Shown here in pieces: positions 25,085 to 36,511 of a stretch of DNA of 64,000 nt; within the stretch, counting starts at the first letter, position 1; the number at the start of each line of letters is the position of its first letter. Under the pieces are notes generated by a model. The model was given only the letters and a program-made list of their open reading frames with translations, did no database searches and had not been told where the DNA came from. The stretch covers positions 411,924-475,923 of the forward strand of contig RHPI01000773.1 of the NCBI GenBank assembly GCA_009103225.1. The letters are read 5' to 3'. This DNA is from Chlorokybus atmophyticus (Eukaryota > Plantae > Mesostigma and Chlorokybus algae). The position numbers were made by a program, and so were the translations under genes.

Positions 25085-28000
25085 AATTACGCCGTGACTG
25101 ATGTAGAAGTGGTTGATAACCAGTTGCTTGTACTAGTGGCAAACTGGTTGAATGAGCTGTCCCAAGTGCATGTAATGACGCATGCATGGCAAGCACATAA
25201 CAGGTTGCCACCTTTTTATGTTGAATAGGTGGAAGAGAATGCTTGTGTGTTGGTACATGTGGAGTTTAACATGCTTACCAATGTGTTGCACACTTTGACC
25301 GAGTTGCAAAGTAGGCACAGAATCTTACGTGTGGTAGTAATAATACCTAAATATCATGGCCCATGGTTGAAACACACTCGAGGGGGAACTGTGTTGAAGC
25401 AATTTAGCAAGCGTGAAACAGAGACAGTGCGATTGTCAGCAATTTTACTCAACCCTCGCATTAGTCACGGACTCTTGGCTACATTTCAAGGACGGGTAGT
25501 ACCTCTGTTGTGGACATTTAGTGGCACAATGCAAGGGGTAAACAGTTCGTTCTTGATTGACACTGGTGCAACACACAATTTCGTTGAGGAACAATGGGTT
25601 GTGCGCAACAAGATAGCATGTAAACCCTCTGCATTTTCAGCTGCCGGTGCGGGGGGTGCGTTGCCAGTGAAAGGGGAAATAAAAATGAAAATAAAAATTG
25701 GTAATTATCATGCCACTCTTACTTTCATAGTGGTATCTATCGACATATCAGGTGTTGATGTGGTATTAGGACAGGAATGGCAGGAGAATGTCACATTGGA
25801 AAGTGACATTGGATACTGGCGCACGCTTGTGCACAGTAAAAAAAGGTCGTAAGCGTGCAACATTGTCTCTGAAAGGGTCACATAGCTTGGACTACAAGCA
25901 GCCCGACCCAGCGCTACTCACTGCACTGCAAGTGAAACGTGCGTTGCGCAAAAACACACCGGCTTTTCTAGTACACTTGACGTCGTCGGACGACTTTGTG
26001 CCAGGAAATACAGAAGGTGTTGCAGACATCATTGAGAAATATCAAGATGTGTTCTTATATGAGTTGCCAGGCTTACCTCCTGATCGAGGTGTCGGACACA
26101 CAATACCACTCATTCCGGATAGTGAGCGTCCGTTTCGGCCTATATATAGGCTGAGCCCCCGAGAGAAGGGGGAAATGGAAACACCAATCAAAGAGTTATT
26201 GGAAAAGGGATTGATTGAATCGAGTTCTTCACCTTTTGGCGCGCCCATCTTGTTTGTGATGAAAAAGAATGGAAAGTTGCGCATGTGTGTGGATTACCGT
26301 GCTTTGAACAAGATCACGGTAAAGAATCGATACCCGTTGCCCCGGATTAATGATGTGTTTGATAAACTGTCGGGAAATGCGTACTCTAGTACGTTGGACT
26401 TGACAAGTGGGTATCATCAAATCCGGATTCATCCTTCTAATGCTTGCAAGACAGCATTCGAAACACCTTCGGGCCATTATCAATACAAAGTGTTACCTTT
26501 TGGATTGACTAATGCGCCCGCAGTGTTTCAGAAGGAAATGAATAAGATTTTTGGTGGCATACTTGGCAAGTATGTTATGGTTTACTTGGATGGCATCATT
26601 GGCTTTAGTAAAACCAAGGAAGAGCATAAGCAGCACTTGGAAGCGGTGTTCGCCTTGCTGCGTACACATCGCTTGTTTGCTAACTTGCCAAAGTGTGACT
26701 TTTGCAAGGCAGAGGTGCCATTCTCAGGGCATATTGTGAGTGGTGCGGGTGTCAAACCTTACCCTCGCAAAGTGCAAGTGGTAAAAGATTGGCCTCAACC
26801 TAAGAATATCCATCAATTGCGATCATTCTTAGGGTTGGCAAACTACTACTTTCGCAAGTTTATGATGGGGTACTCTACAGTTGTGGTGCCTTTGACAAAA
26901 CTTTTGCGAAAGGATGCCCCATTCTTTTGGACAGCAGAACAAGAAGCTGCTATGCAGCAAGTGAAGCTAGCTTTGACTTCGGCACCAGTATTGGCATTGC
27001 CAAATTGGGATAAACACTTCACTGTGATTAGCGATGCCTCCACCCTTGGGTTTGGTGCAATATTGCTACAGGATGGCCGACCATGTGCTTATGAGAGTAG
27101 AAAATTCATCCCAGCAGAGGTGAACTACACTACCACTGAGCAAGAATTACTGGGTATAGTGCATGCTCTTGAAACATGGCGATGTTACTTGGAGGGAGTT
27201 CAGTTCACAGTGGTGACTGATCACTACCCGTTGGTGTACTTCTCAACACAGCTGAACTTGTCGCGTAGACAAGCTCGCTGGAATGAGTTCCTGTCGCGGT
27301 TTACCTTGAAATGGGTATACCGGCCGGGCAGAACCAACATGGCAAATCCTATGAGTCGCTGTCCGTCATTGTTGGCAGTTATGCGTGCGCAGTTGCTTGC
27401 AACGCAGGGTACATTGCCTCCAGATGATAATTTGTGCAAGCTGTTTTACAGGGGTATGCATTAGACCCATGGTTCTGTATACAAGAGAATGTACAAAAGC
27501 TTGACAAAAGAGATTACTTGTATTATATGAGCGCCAGCTTGGTGATACCTGACCATGCTGGGTTGCGCATAAAATGCATAGCTGAAGTACACGATCCACT
27601 ATATGCTGGGCACTTTGGGGGTCGCAAGACTATTAAAGCAGCGCAACAGTTGTACTGGTGGCCATTGTTGCCTGTTGACGTGAAGCATTATGTTGACACG
27701 TGTAACAAATGTCAGCGTGACAAGCCGTTACGTCAGAAACCCGCTGGGTTGCTGCGACCTTTGCCTGTTCCTGATGGCAAGTGGGAAAGTGTGAGTATGG
27801 ACCCAATTACTGAGCTCGCGGAGACAGCATTAGGGCAGGACACCGCGGTTGCAGTTTTTGTGGACCGTTTATCAAAAATGGTTCACATTGTCCCTTGCCG
27901 CACGGAAATAGGCTCCCGTGAGTTAGCGATGGTTTTTGTCGCCTTTGTGTTTAAGTTACATGGCTTGCCTCGTAACTTCGTATCAAATCGCGATCCGCGA

Positions 28001-28866
28001 TTTGTAGCTCAGTTCTGGAAGTCGCTATGCAGCTTCTTACATATTTACAATACATGAGCACAGCTTACCATCCACAAACGGATGGTTAGACAGAGCGCGC
28101 CAATCAAGTGATTGAGGAAACCATCCGGCATTATGTAAGTCCGAACCAATCTGATTGGGATGTTTATCTCCCAATGGCTGAGTTCGCGATTAACAATGCA
28201 TGGCAAGAGAGTGTGCAGGAACCGCCGTTTTACTTGAATTATGGAGTGCATCCACTGAGTCCTGCAAACATTAAATTGCCCGCTACCGACATAACTCGTG
28301 TACCTGCAGCGCGCGAGATGGCCTCGGCCATGCAGGATAGGTTAGCGTTGGCAAAGGACTGCTTGCGCGCAGCGCAAGACAGACAAAAAGCCCATGCTGA
28401 TGCGCATCGTAGAGAGGCCAACTACGATGTGGGCTGTTCGGTGCTTCTCAGCACCAAACACATATCCCGTCAAGGGAGTGGGTACCCGCAAGTTTTCCCT
28501 CGCTGGATAGGCCCGTTTAAAGTGATTGATCGGGTCGGCACTCACGCGTATCGTTTGGACTTGCCAAATCGATACGCATTCACAATGTGTTCCATGCGAG
28601 TGTACTGAAACCGTACCGTTCTGACAGTCGAGTTCAACCTCCTCCCACCCCCGTTGCAGTGGATGGCGACGATACGCGAGTATGAGGTGGAAACAATCCT
28701 GAGTTATCGTAAGCCTCGACGCGGACGCGCGCTGTCTTACTTGGTGAAATGGAAAGGGTATGGTGTTGAGCACAATACATGGGAGCCTGAAAGGAATCTT
28801 ACTAACTGCCATGAGATTCATCGGGGTTCTCTCTACTGGAGTACTGTGTCCACACGCGGACGGTAA
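25085..28866 (+). pseudogene. pol: Retrotransposon pol: Dam-like domain remnant, aspartic protease, RT, RNase H, integrase and chromodomain; frameshifted
   Basis: FLIDTGATHNF; LRMCVDYRALN, PFGLTNAPAVFQ and YLDGI (YxDD mutated); SDASTLGFGAILLQ; HDPLYAGHFG...C..CQ; HPQTDG*TER; YEVETIL...YLVKWKGYGVEHNTWEPERNL. Frameshifts near 25845, 27450, 28050 and 28570. Confidence 0.93.
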
Positions 28867-28975
28867 AAGGGTGCTGGCAGACATCTTTACCTTTTCGGCC
28901 CTGATTCTCTTAATACTTTCGTTTCTTTACTCGTGGTGGGGCTTTGCTAACCCTGCAATGGGGACATTGAAACCT

Positions 28976-28988
28976 AAGTGGGGGGGAA
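28976..28988 (+). other. Polypurine tract
   Basis: AAGTGGGGGGGAA immediately before the 3' LTR TG. Confidence 0.85.
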
Positions 28989-29326
28989 TGTAACGGTGTG
29001 CTACCTCCATAGAGGTTCCCCGCCCTTGTTTAGGATTAAATATGGGTCCCAACGGGATTATACAGCCTATTAAGCCATATTAAGGCCGTTAACTTATGTT
29101 AAGGCCCTAATGTAGTGTTACTTATCCGTAACACTGATATCGACATGTGACATGAGTCTCATGTCGATATCAGCCGCATGGCGGCGCTGCTAACGCAGCG
29201 ACCGCCATAGCCAGGGGATCTTTTGCTTTGGCAGTTACCCCTGGCGGCGGCGGCGTGGGCGGCGTGGCTGGTGGTGGTGTTGGGGTAGGGGATTTAAGGG
29301 AGGAGGGAGCACCCCCTCTCCTTACA
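28989..29326 (+). repeat. 3' LTR (338 bp)
   Basis: Direct repeat of 22371-22707, followed by the TSD CTCCC. Confidence 0.95.
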
Positions 29327-31444
29327 CTCCCCATCTCTCTCGCTCACACCCTTACCACCTCTTCGTTAGGCATTACCGCTATCACAATTAGGGTTACGCG
29401 CATTCGCGCACAACATGCATCACTAAGACATATTGCCAACTATGTGCACGTCGATACGTGCTCACGCGTGTGCGTTATGGCACTGCTATGGATGCCACTA
29501 TGCATGTGCCATTTCGTTGCACGTTGTTTATGCCATAGAAACGGGCATGACCATGTTTGCAAGTGTATTGTGTATGCAACACTGTGCCCACCAGGGCCCA
29601 TCCTTTTCAATTCTCATGCAATCGTGCATAAGTACATGACTTATGCACATGATGCATGTCCTTAAATCATTCACATGTCAACCATACATGATGCATGTTC
29701 ACAAGTCTGCACACAATGTAGACACCCTGGTTTACTATGCTGATAGTCACGTGCATTCTGCTCCCTTAGTGGAGAGGGAGGCGTGCACAGGCAGAGTGAG
29801 GATGAGGGACATGCTCCCTTGAACTTTGGGAACGGTGAGAGCTTCATGGTGCAGCTTGTAGCAGATCTTGAAACTTCTAGAACGGTGTCAACCTCACATG
29901 GCAGCTCCTACACAACTCTCATGAGCAACCCATCTCACATAGGGCAGGAGAAGGCCCCTTGAACAGTAACACCAAGCACCCCACACTCAGTTGGTGGAAG
30001 GATCTTGGTAACGCTCACCTAAGGCATGCACAACAGTGCCAGCGCCATCCCCAACGTGCACAAAAACAACTATCCTTGCCATGGGCGTGCCAACACCCTT
30101 AAGCCCGTAGGCGGCTGATGCTGACGTAGCTGTTCAAATCCCCTTCCTGATGCCTTCCCACTTGGCCACACACTCCCTCAAGAGGCATAATTTCTTGGGC
30201 GTGTGCTGACGATACAATTGTCCAACATACTACACAGTTGTTGAACGGCCATTTCCCATCATGGCAACATGTCACACACTTGATGTGACTCACTCAACGT
30301 TGGCACATCATGCCATGTGCCATACATGTCGCATCTTTGTTTATGCTTGATGTGTCATGCAGCTGCACTTCACATGTGCATGCTTACCAACTTCCTTACA
30401 GCATGTGCACTTAATGCACATGCATAATGTATTCTACATATCACACAGCTTGTCACACGCTTGCATAAGCCACCAGACTGTGTGTGTGAGCGCTCATAAC
30501 ATGTGGCGCTACATTGCTGTATATACCGGCATGTAAAGTACACTGTACTATCTATGATATTTGCCACAATATGTGCCAATGTCTTGCATTGTGAGCACAT
30601 GCTCACACTGACCAGCTTTGTGCTGCAAGTTGCTTATTCATGCTTTGTATTGTTCATCATGCCCAAGGCTCATGAGCTCGAGGACTAACTGTATGAACGA
30701 ACCACTTAGGTACAGAGCACAACCCCACCACCCAACCCCACCGACCAGACCTAACTGTCGGCAAGGACGCAAGGACCCTGCGCAGTGCAGTGCTGACGTT
30801 GGCACTGCAGCGCAAGGGTGGCAGCGGCAGCAGGACCACCGCGGGGTGGCTCACGCGCAAAGGGTTTGGGAGATGAGAGAGGCAGAGGAAGGGGGTGGTG
30901 GCGGAGAAGGGGGAGGAGGGGGAGGAGGGGAGGGAGTCCTGCTGGTCTTTGATGCTGCAGCAACTGCGACGCTGAATCGAACTGACTGAAACGGCCCTGT
31001 GGGCAGGTAACACCATGTCAACATACATGCATGGCTAACGGGGACGGGCGGTAGTGTCGTAGTGATAGTGGCTAGCCCGGTAGTGATGGTGTACAACTTG
31101 ATAAACTGAATTGGTAGTGTGCATGTGAGTGTCGGTGTGCATGTGGCATACGTATGCGTGTGTCTCACACAGCACTTCACATACCCTATGCACCTAAGCA
31201 GTTGACCACCCATACAATCATGCCGTTATATGTCGCAACATAGCAATTGAGAGCGAGAATGCCTTGTTTATTTAGCGTGACGGTGTAGCTTCAATACAAG
31301 CACATCCACGCAATGCTCACCGAGGCTGTCACCTTCTAGATAACTACTCACGCTAGTAGCGGCTATGCATTCCGCGTGGTGAGCCAGCTGTATAACTAAT
31401 GGTAAAACCAAGCGCGCGCGCGCAAGAGGGGAAGGGGGGGGGGG

Positions 31445-31582
31445 NNNNNNNNNNNNNNNNNNNNNNNNNNNNNNNNNNNNNNNNNNNNNNNNNNNNNNNN
31501 NNNNNNNNNNNNNNNNNNNNNNNNNNNNNNNNNNNNNNNNNNNNNNNNNNNNNNNNNNNNNNNNNNNNNNNNNNNNNNNNNN
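31445..31582. other. Assembly gap flanked by poly-G
   Basis: Run of N. Confidence 1.
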
Positions 31583-31931
31583 NGGGGGGGGGGGGGGGGG
31601 GGGGGGGCGCAGTTACATGCATGGAATGTTGTTACGACAAGGAGGAGAGACACGTTTGCAAGCTGACTGGTACCATCCACAACAACGTCTTCAAGCAACA
31701 CCAACAAAATACAGCAAGCAAAAACTGCACGTGCTATGCGCCCTAATTGTGGGACTCGCGCACACCAACATATGAACAGTAGGCTCAATACGGACGTCTG
31801 TGTATGCTTCTGCGCCCGGGACGTGTCTAACTCCAGTCCGCAGTCTCATCTGCATACAGACAGCGCAATTGCAGTAAGTGAGCGCAAAGCTAATGAATTG
31901 GTCATCATTGCAGCATGCAGGCAGTTAACAA

Positions 31932-32905
31932 CTAGTAGTGACAATGCAGCACTTGCCGCATACCTTCATCAGACATGTCAGTATCATCAGAGCCCGAGCT
32001 CCAAGGACTTCTGCCGCCTTCAGGCTTGTCGAGCCAGCGCTGGATGCGAGCAGAGCGAGCGGAATCATCGCTGTAGTAGCCGCTGCGATCAATTGGCGTG
32101 TCTATGTCATGAGGGTGCTGCGCATGCGCTGCCCCGGCACGTCGTGTGGCGTTGGTGGCAGCATGGTGCGGTGTCAACATCTCCTTTGGGTGTGTACCAT
32201 GCGGAACAGCTGTGGCAGGAGTCACTGCCTTTACAACAAGGCGGAGCGCTTTCTGGTTGCGGATCACATTAGCTAGGCTGCCGAACAGACCAAGAAAGTA
32301 TATCGTGCATGCGCCCCATACCACAGCACCACCAGCTGCAAGGATGCTTGCCACAACTGTAGCAGCTTGGAAGCCTGCACAGATGCACCGCGGCTGAGAG
32401 ATGAATTGCACAACTTGTACCTGCATTGTAGAAACTATGCATGCATAGGACAACAAGGCAGTTGGCCTCACCAGTAGCAGCTGTTGCGGTAATCACCATT
32501 GTGGCTTTGCCCATAAAAGCTGCCAAACTGACCATGACAGCAAGAGCTGATGCAGCACCAGCAACAACCGCAGCAACAGGGACTCCGATGCAGATCACTC
32601 CCACCAATGCAGCGCCCACGGGAACCAACAAGGCTCCAAACTGCAGTACAGCTACTGGTAAGCACAGCTTTCAGCAAGCTGCTGTCCACCATCTGGTAGG
32701 TACCAGCAAAGTGACTAACCACTCTGTGCAAGACGCTGCATACCTCCAGCACCATGACCGCAGCGCCCGCAGCATGCGCAATCCACCAATGCATTACTTT
32801 CAGACCAAATTCTCCTGTGGCTGTTGCAAAACCAAGGGCTGCAAGTGTTGTCAGCACTCCAATCAGCAGCAAAGCCACCACTAAAAGCGGCAACCGCTGC
32901 TCCAT
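31932..32905 (-). CDS. Hypothetical membrane protein with a very long A/V/G/L hydrophobic stretch (lipid-droplet hairpin-like)
   Basis: MEQRLPLLVVALLLIGVLTTLAALG, GT-AG introns, then about 95 nearly charge-free residues (VAVLQFGALLVPVGAAL...ILAAGGAVVWGACTIYFLGLFGSL) and a hydrophilic tail; TAG at 31934-31932. Confidence 0.6.
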
Positions 32906-33061
32906 TGCTGCGCCAACTGACTTGGTCAAGCGGAAAGTAACGGCGTCTCCCGTGTCAATATACAGCGTTTGAGGCCTACCTACCCTTCAGTGTCCTAATC
33001 TAGTTGCCTATAACTACAGTAAGTGTTTCGAGCGCGCTCTAGAATTGCCTATGCCGGCAGC

Positions 33062-33788
33062 TCAGCGCAGTGCAAAGTGTATCTTGCGATGGTAGTCAGC
33101 ATTGCGCGTGGGTCGTGACAGGTGCAGTTCTTCCTTGTGAAGCATGTACAGGTAAATGACAATGAAGAGCACCAGCAAAAAAGTGCACAGCGCTAGTACA
33201 TTGGCCGTCCACCACTTTTTTATTTGAGCCTGCTCGTAAGCCTGCGAAAAGCAGCACGCAAACATGATGTTGAGTTTCAATACTTGCAGCAGCTTAGTGG
33301 TATTGCAAACGACCTGGGAACAACAAAAGCAGTGGCTGTAAGTTTGATAAGGTTGCTCACCATATCAGGCTTGCTTGGTGTAGATGGCTCTTCATACCGC
33401 TCATTCAAGTTCCTGAAAATGTGTGAGGGAAGGTTGGAATAGGTCATCAGAATTGTGCGAACCATTGATTGGCAAATAATAGCTGCATGCAGTACCCGCC
33501 ATTGGACTGCCACTTGACTGCATTGCACTAACTTGTCAAAACCAGCAAGCATGCCAACCTATTGGATGAGGAGCGGCGCATCGGCTTCAAGGCGTGACTG
33601 AGAGCCATCTCAGACCTGGCCGCCGCGGACATCCTTCGCCACGGGTAGGCCTGTAAACAAGACCAAGCTTGAGACCTATGGCATTCTGCGGTGCTAGCCC
33701 ATACACATGCATGCACAATCCTGTTGTTCCTAACCTGAGCAAAGTTCAAAAAGTTATGCAAGACGCCCATGTCCGTAACAAAACTCAT
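33062..33788 (-). CDS. Small hypothetical single-pass membrane protein (four exons)
   Basis: MSFVTDMGVLHNFLNFAQ|AYPWRR...|NLNERYEEP...|AYEQAQIKKWWTANVLALCTFLLVLFIVIYLYML...; consistent GT-AG phases; TGA 33064-33062. Confidence 0.55.
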
Positions 33789-35822
33789 GGCTTGCGCAGT
33801 ACAAGAATTCTTCCCATGACCAGTACAGTCAGACCAAAGGTGGCTACTACCAGCACTACAACCTGACAAGCAGCAGGACACGCGCACTCGTGACACTATT
33901 AAAACCCCTTCTGCCCTTCCAGTGCACCACTAGACTGACTGCCACCAGGACAAGGACGAAAACGACAATGCCTACGGCGAGAATCACACCCACGGCCACG
34001 GGGCAAGCTTAATTCAGCCCCAAACCCTTATAACTCGCTTACGATGAGCAGGCAGTCGACTGCCGAACATAAGCAGGCCTCCAGCCAACCCAAAAGCTGA
34101 GCTTGCAGATAAGCTCAAAGCTGGGCTAAGCTTAAAGCTGGGCTAAACTCAAAGCAAAGAGCTTGCAGCTTACCCGCAGCGATTCGCTGTGATGATCAAC
34201 CCCGCAGGCATGCAGATTCTCCTTCGCAGCGCAAGCTTGCTGCAACACCAGCACAGAGCGCAGCTCGCTGAGAGCAGCAGCAGGCACGGCGGTAGCAACG
34301 TTAACCACCTAGGGCGCCGCAATCTCTTTGTTGCAGGCAGGCAGCCGCAATGCCTGCGCAAGTCGTGTGCGGCGGGAGCTGAGGCTGTTGTCGAGGGTGT
34401 CGGTGCAGCAGAGGAGTGTTACGGATGGGTTCAGACAGTGTAGACGCTGATGGTGTAAAATGCGCGGGTAAGTTGACCACGACCGTCCGAGCTACAGTCT
34501 ATCTCCGCGCTTGGCTTTGGATCGGACGGTGCAGCGGGGGAAAGGATAGTACTGCCAGCTGCTGACGTGCCTGCCTGCTGACAGCCCTCCACCGCAGATT
34601 ACCTACGCGCGCCGGCCAGCGGTTGGCAGACGACTTGCCGCTGCGGTCACGGCGTAACGCGGTGACGGCGTATCAACGGTTAGCGGTTACGGCGTGGTCC
34701 ACCGTGATCGTATGCTGTGGATGAGGTGTTGACGGCAACCACAGTTGCTGGAAGTCACTTTGATCGCGGTGGGTTACGTAACGCCACCCTGTTACGTCTT
34801 TCCAATGGAGTGTGGACTCCACAACAGTGACAGCGTGTCTAGTCTCTAAACTGCCGCCGAAACCGACGAAAATGCACTCTGAGTTCGGCTCACCATGCAT
34901 GCATGGACAGAACACCTCACCACATCTCACCGTTACATGTTTGTGACATTATTATTGATAGACACTCTCACACTTGAGGTATGAAGCACAGATTGCTATG
35001 TCCAGTCCAAAATACGCACACACGCACACACTTGCCCTTTGAAAATTGCACACTCGCGCACGCAAGCTTTCGCACACGCACGCTACTTATGCATGCACAC
35101 GCACATGCACACGCACATGCGCATATGTGCATGCACACATGCGCGCATGCAATCAAGCTTGCACACACATTAGAATGTACCCCCACCTTCATAATACACA
35201 ATTACATATAAAGGGCTCACTATGGGGCCAACCGTGTGAAATATAATGCAGACGGGCATGGGCAACATCATGCATGGGATGGGGGACTAACACAAGCAAA
35301 GGTTAAATGTGTCCATCTGCATAGGCGCACCCCTCATGAATAACCACTGTGAATACAACACGTGGTGTTTGCATTGCAAAGTTTGCCAGCTGTACATGCA
35401 TAAGGTACGAATCATGGATGCAACCGTTGAGGCTTTGCATTTCACACTACAATACTACGCCATGGGCCATGGCGTAGAGTTTGAAAAAGTGGCTTTTGCT
35501 GCTATGGCCCATGGCAGCAAAAGCCACTACCCATGATGATATTTGAACATTATCTGTCTTTGTCTACCCGCCTGCTTTACATCTTATGCCGCATAAGGTG
35601 TGGGTGAGTAATGCATGTCCACCATCATACATGATCGTGGGACACATAAATGGCATGAAGCTCCTCCTATGGTTAAAAACAATGATGTTTTAATGATATG
35701 ACAGATTGGTGACAACTGTATATTATACCGAAACTATACAATCATAAGATACAGATACATAGCATGGAACAATTTCAATTCTAGTTGCTCGCATGCAAAA
35801 GCCTTCTCATGTATAAAAACAT

Positions 35823-36012
35823 TGCTGATTACACAAGCCAAGTGCTTGAATACCCTACTACTTCAAAACTATTTGCATCATACCATGTTATCATCATATA
35901 TGAGACTCTTACGCCCCTGCTGATTACACAAGCCAAGTGCTTGAATACCCTACCGCTTCATAACTATTAACATCAACCCATGTTATCATCATACATGAGA
36001 CTCCTACGCCCC
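35823..36012 (+). repeat. 95-bp tandem duplication
   Basis: TGCTGATTACACAAGCCAAGTGCTTGAATACCCTAC...ACGCCCC occurs at 35823 and 35918. Confidence 0.92.
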
Positions 36013-36511
36013 TAAATAAGAAGTGTTAGCAACTCAGTGCACCACAGCAATACCACAACAATGCACTGCCGCGTGAATGTTTATGGTTTAATTCACATGT
36101 TGGGTGTGGGTGAGTGTTGGAGGTGTACAAAAAATGCAAGAGAGATTGCAAAAGTGGGTAAGGAGACCAGGTCAATGCGGTGATTAAATTTCAGCTTGCA
36201 ATGTGGGATATAACATAACTTGCACAGGCAACTACCCATACTACAAACTCACTACACATGCAAAGACATGCAACCGCCTGTACATCTCAAGAAACATTCA
36301 TTGCACAGAATAAAACATTTTTACCAATAGCAAGTTACTCAACCTTATACTTATATACACAAGGATAAACACTACCGTTATAAAGCAAAGGCTTCACTGA
36401 TATATGGTTTAGGACCGCTGCATGAGGCGAAGCGGGAAGAAGGAAAGGATGAAACCAGCAACCCCAGCAGCAACCTCAGTCACACCACAGATTGGTGATC
36501 AAGGAGGTAAT

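Larger units (their letters stand above)
22371..29326 (+). mobile_element. Full-length, decayed Ty3/Gypsy chromovirus LTR retrotransposon
   Basis: TG...CA LTRs, 5-bp TSD CTCCC (22366-22370 and 29327-29331), PBS, PPT, gag with CCHC knuckle, protease-RT-RNaseH-integrase order and a C-terminal chromodomain. Confidence 0.97.

Noticed and set aside
29760-30260. Coding-like minus-strand remnant (AYGLKGVGTPMARIVVFVHVGDG...)
   Set aside because: Multiple stops and frame changes and no recognisable family, so no call can be supported.
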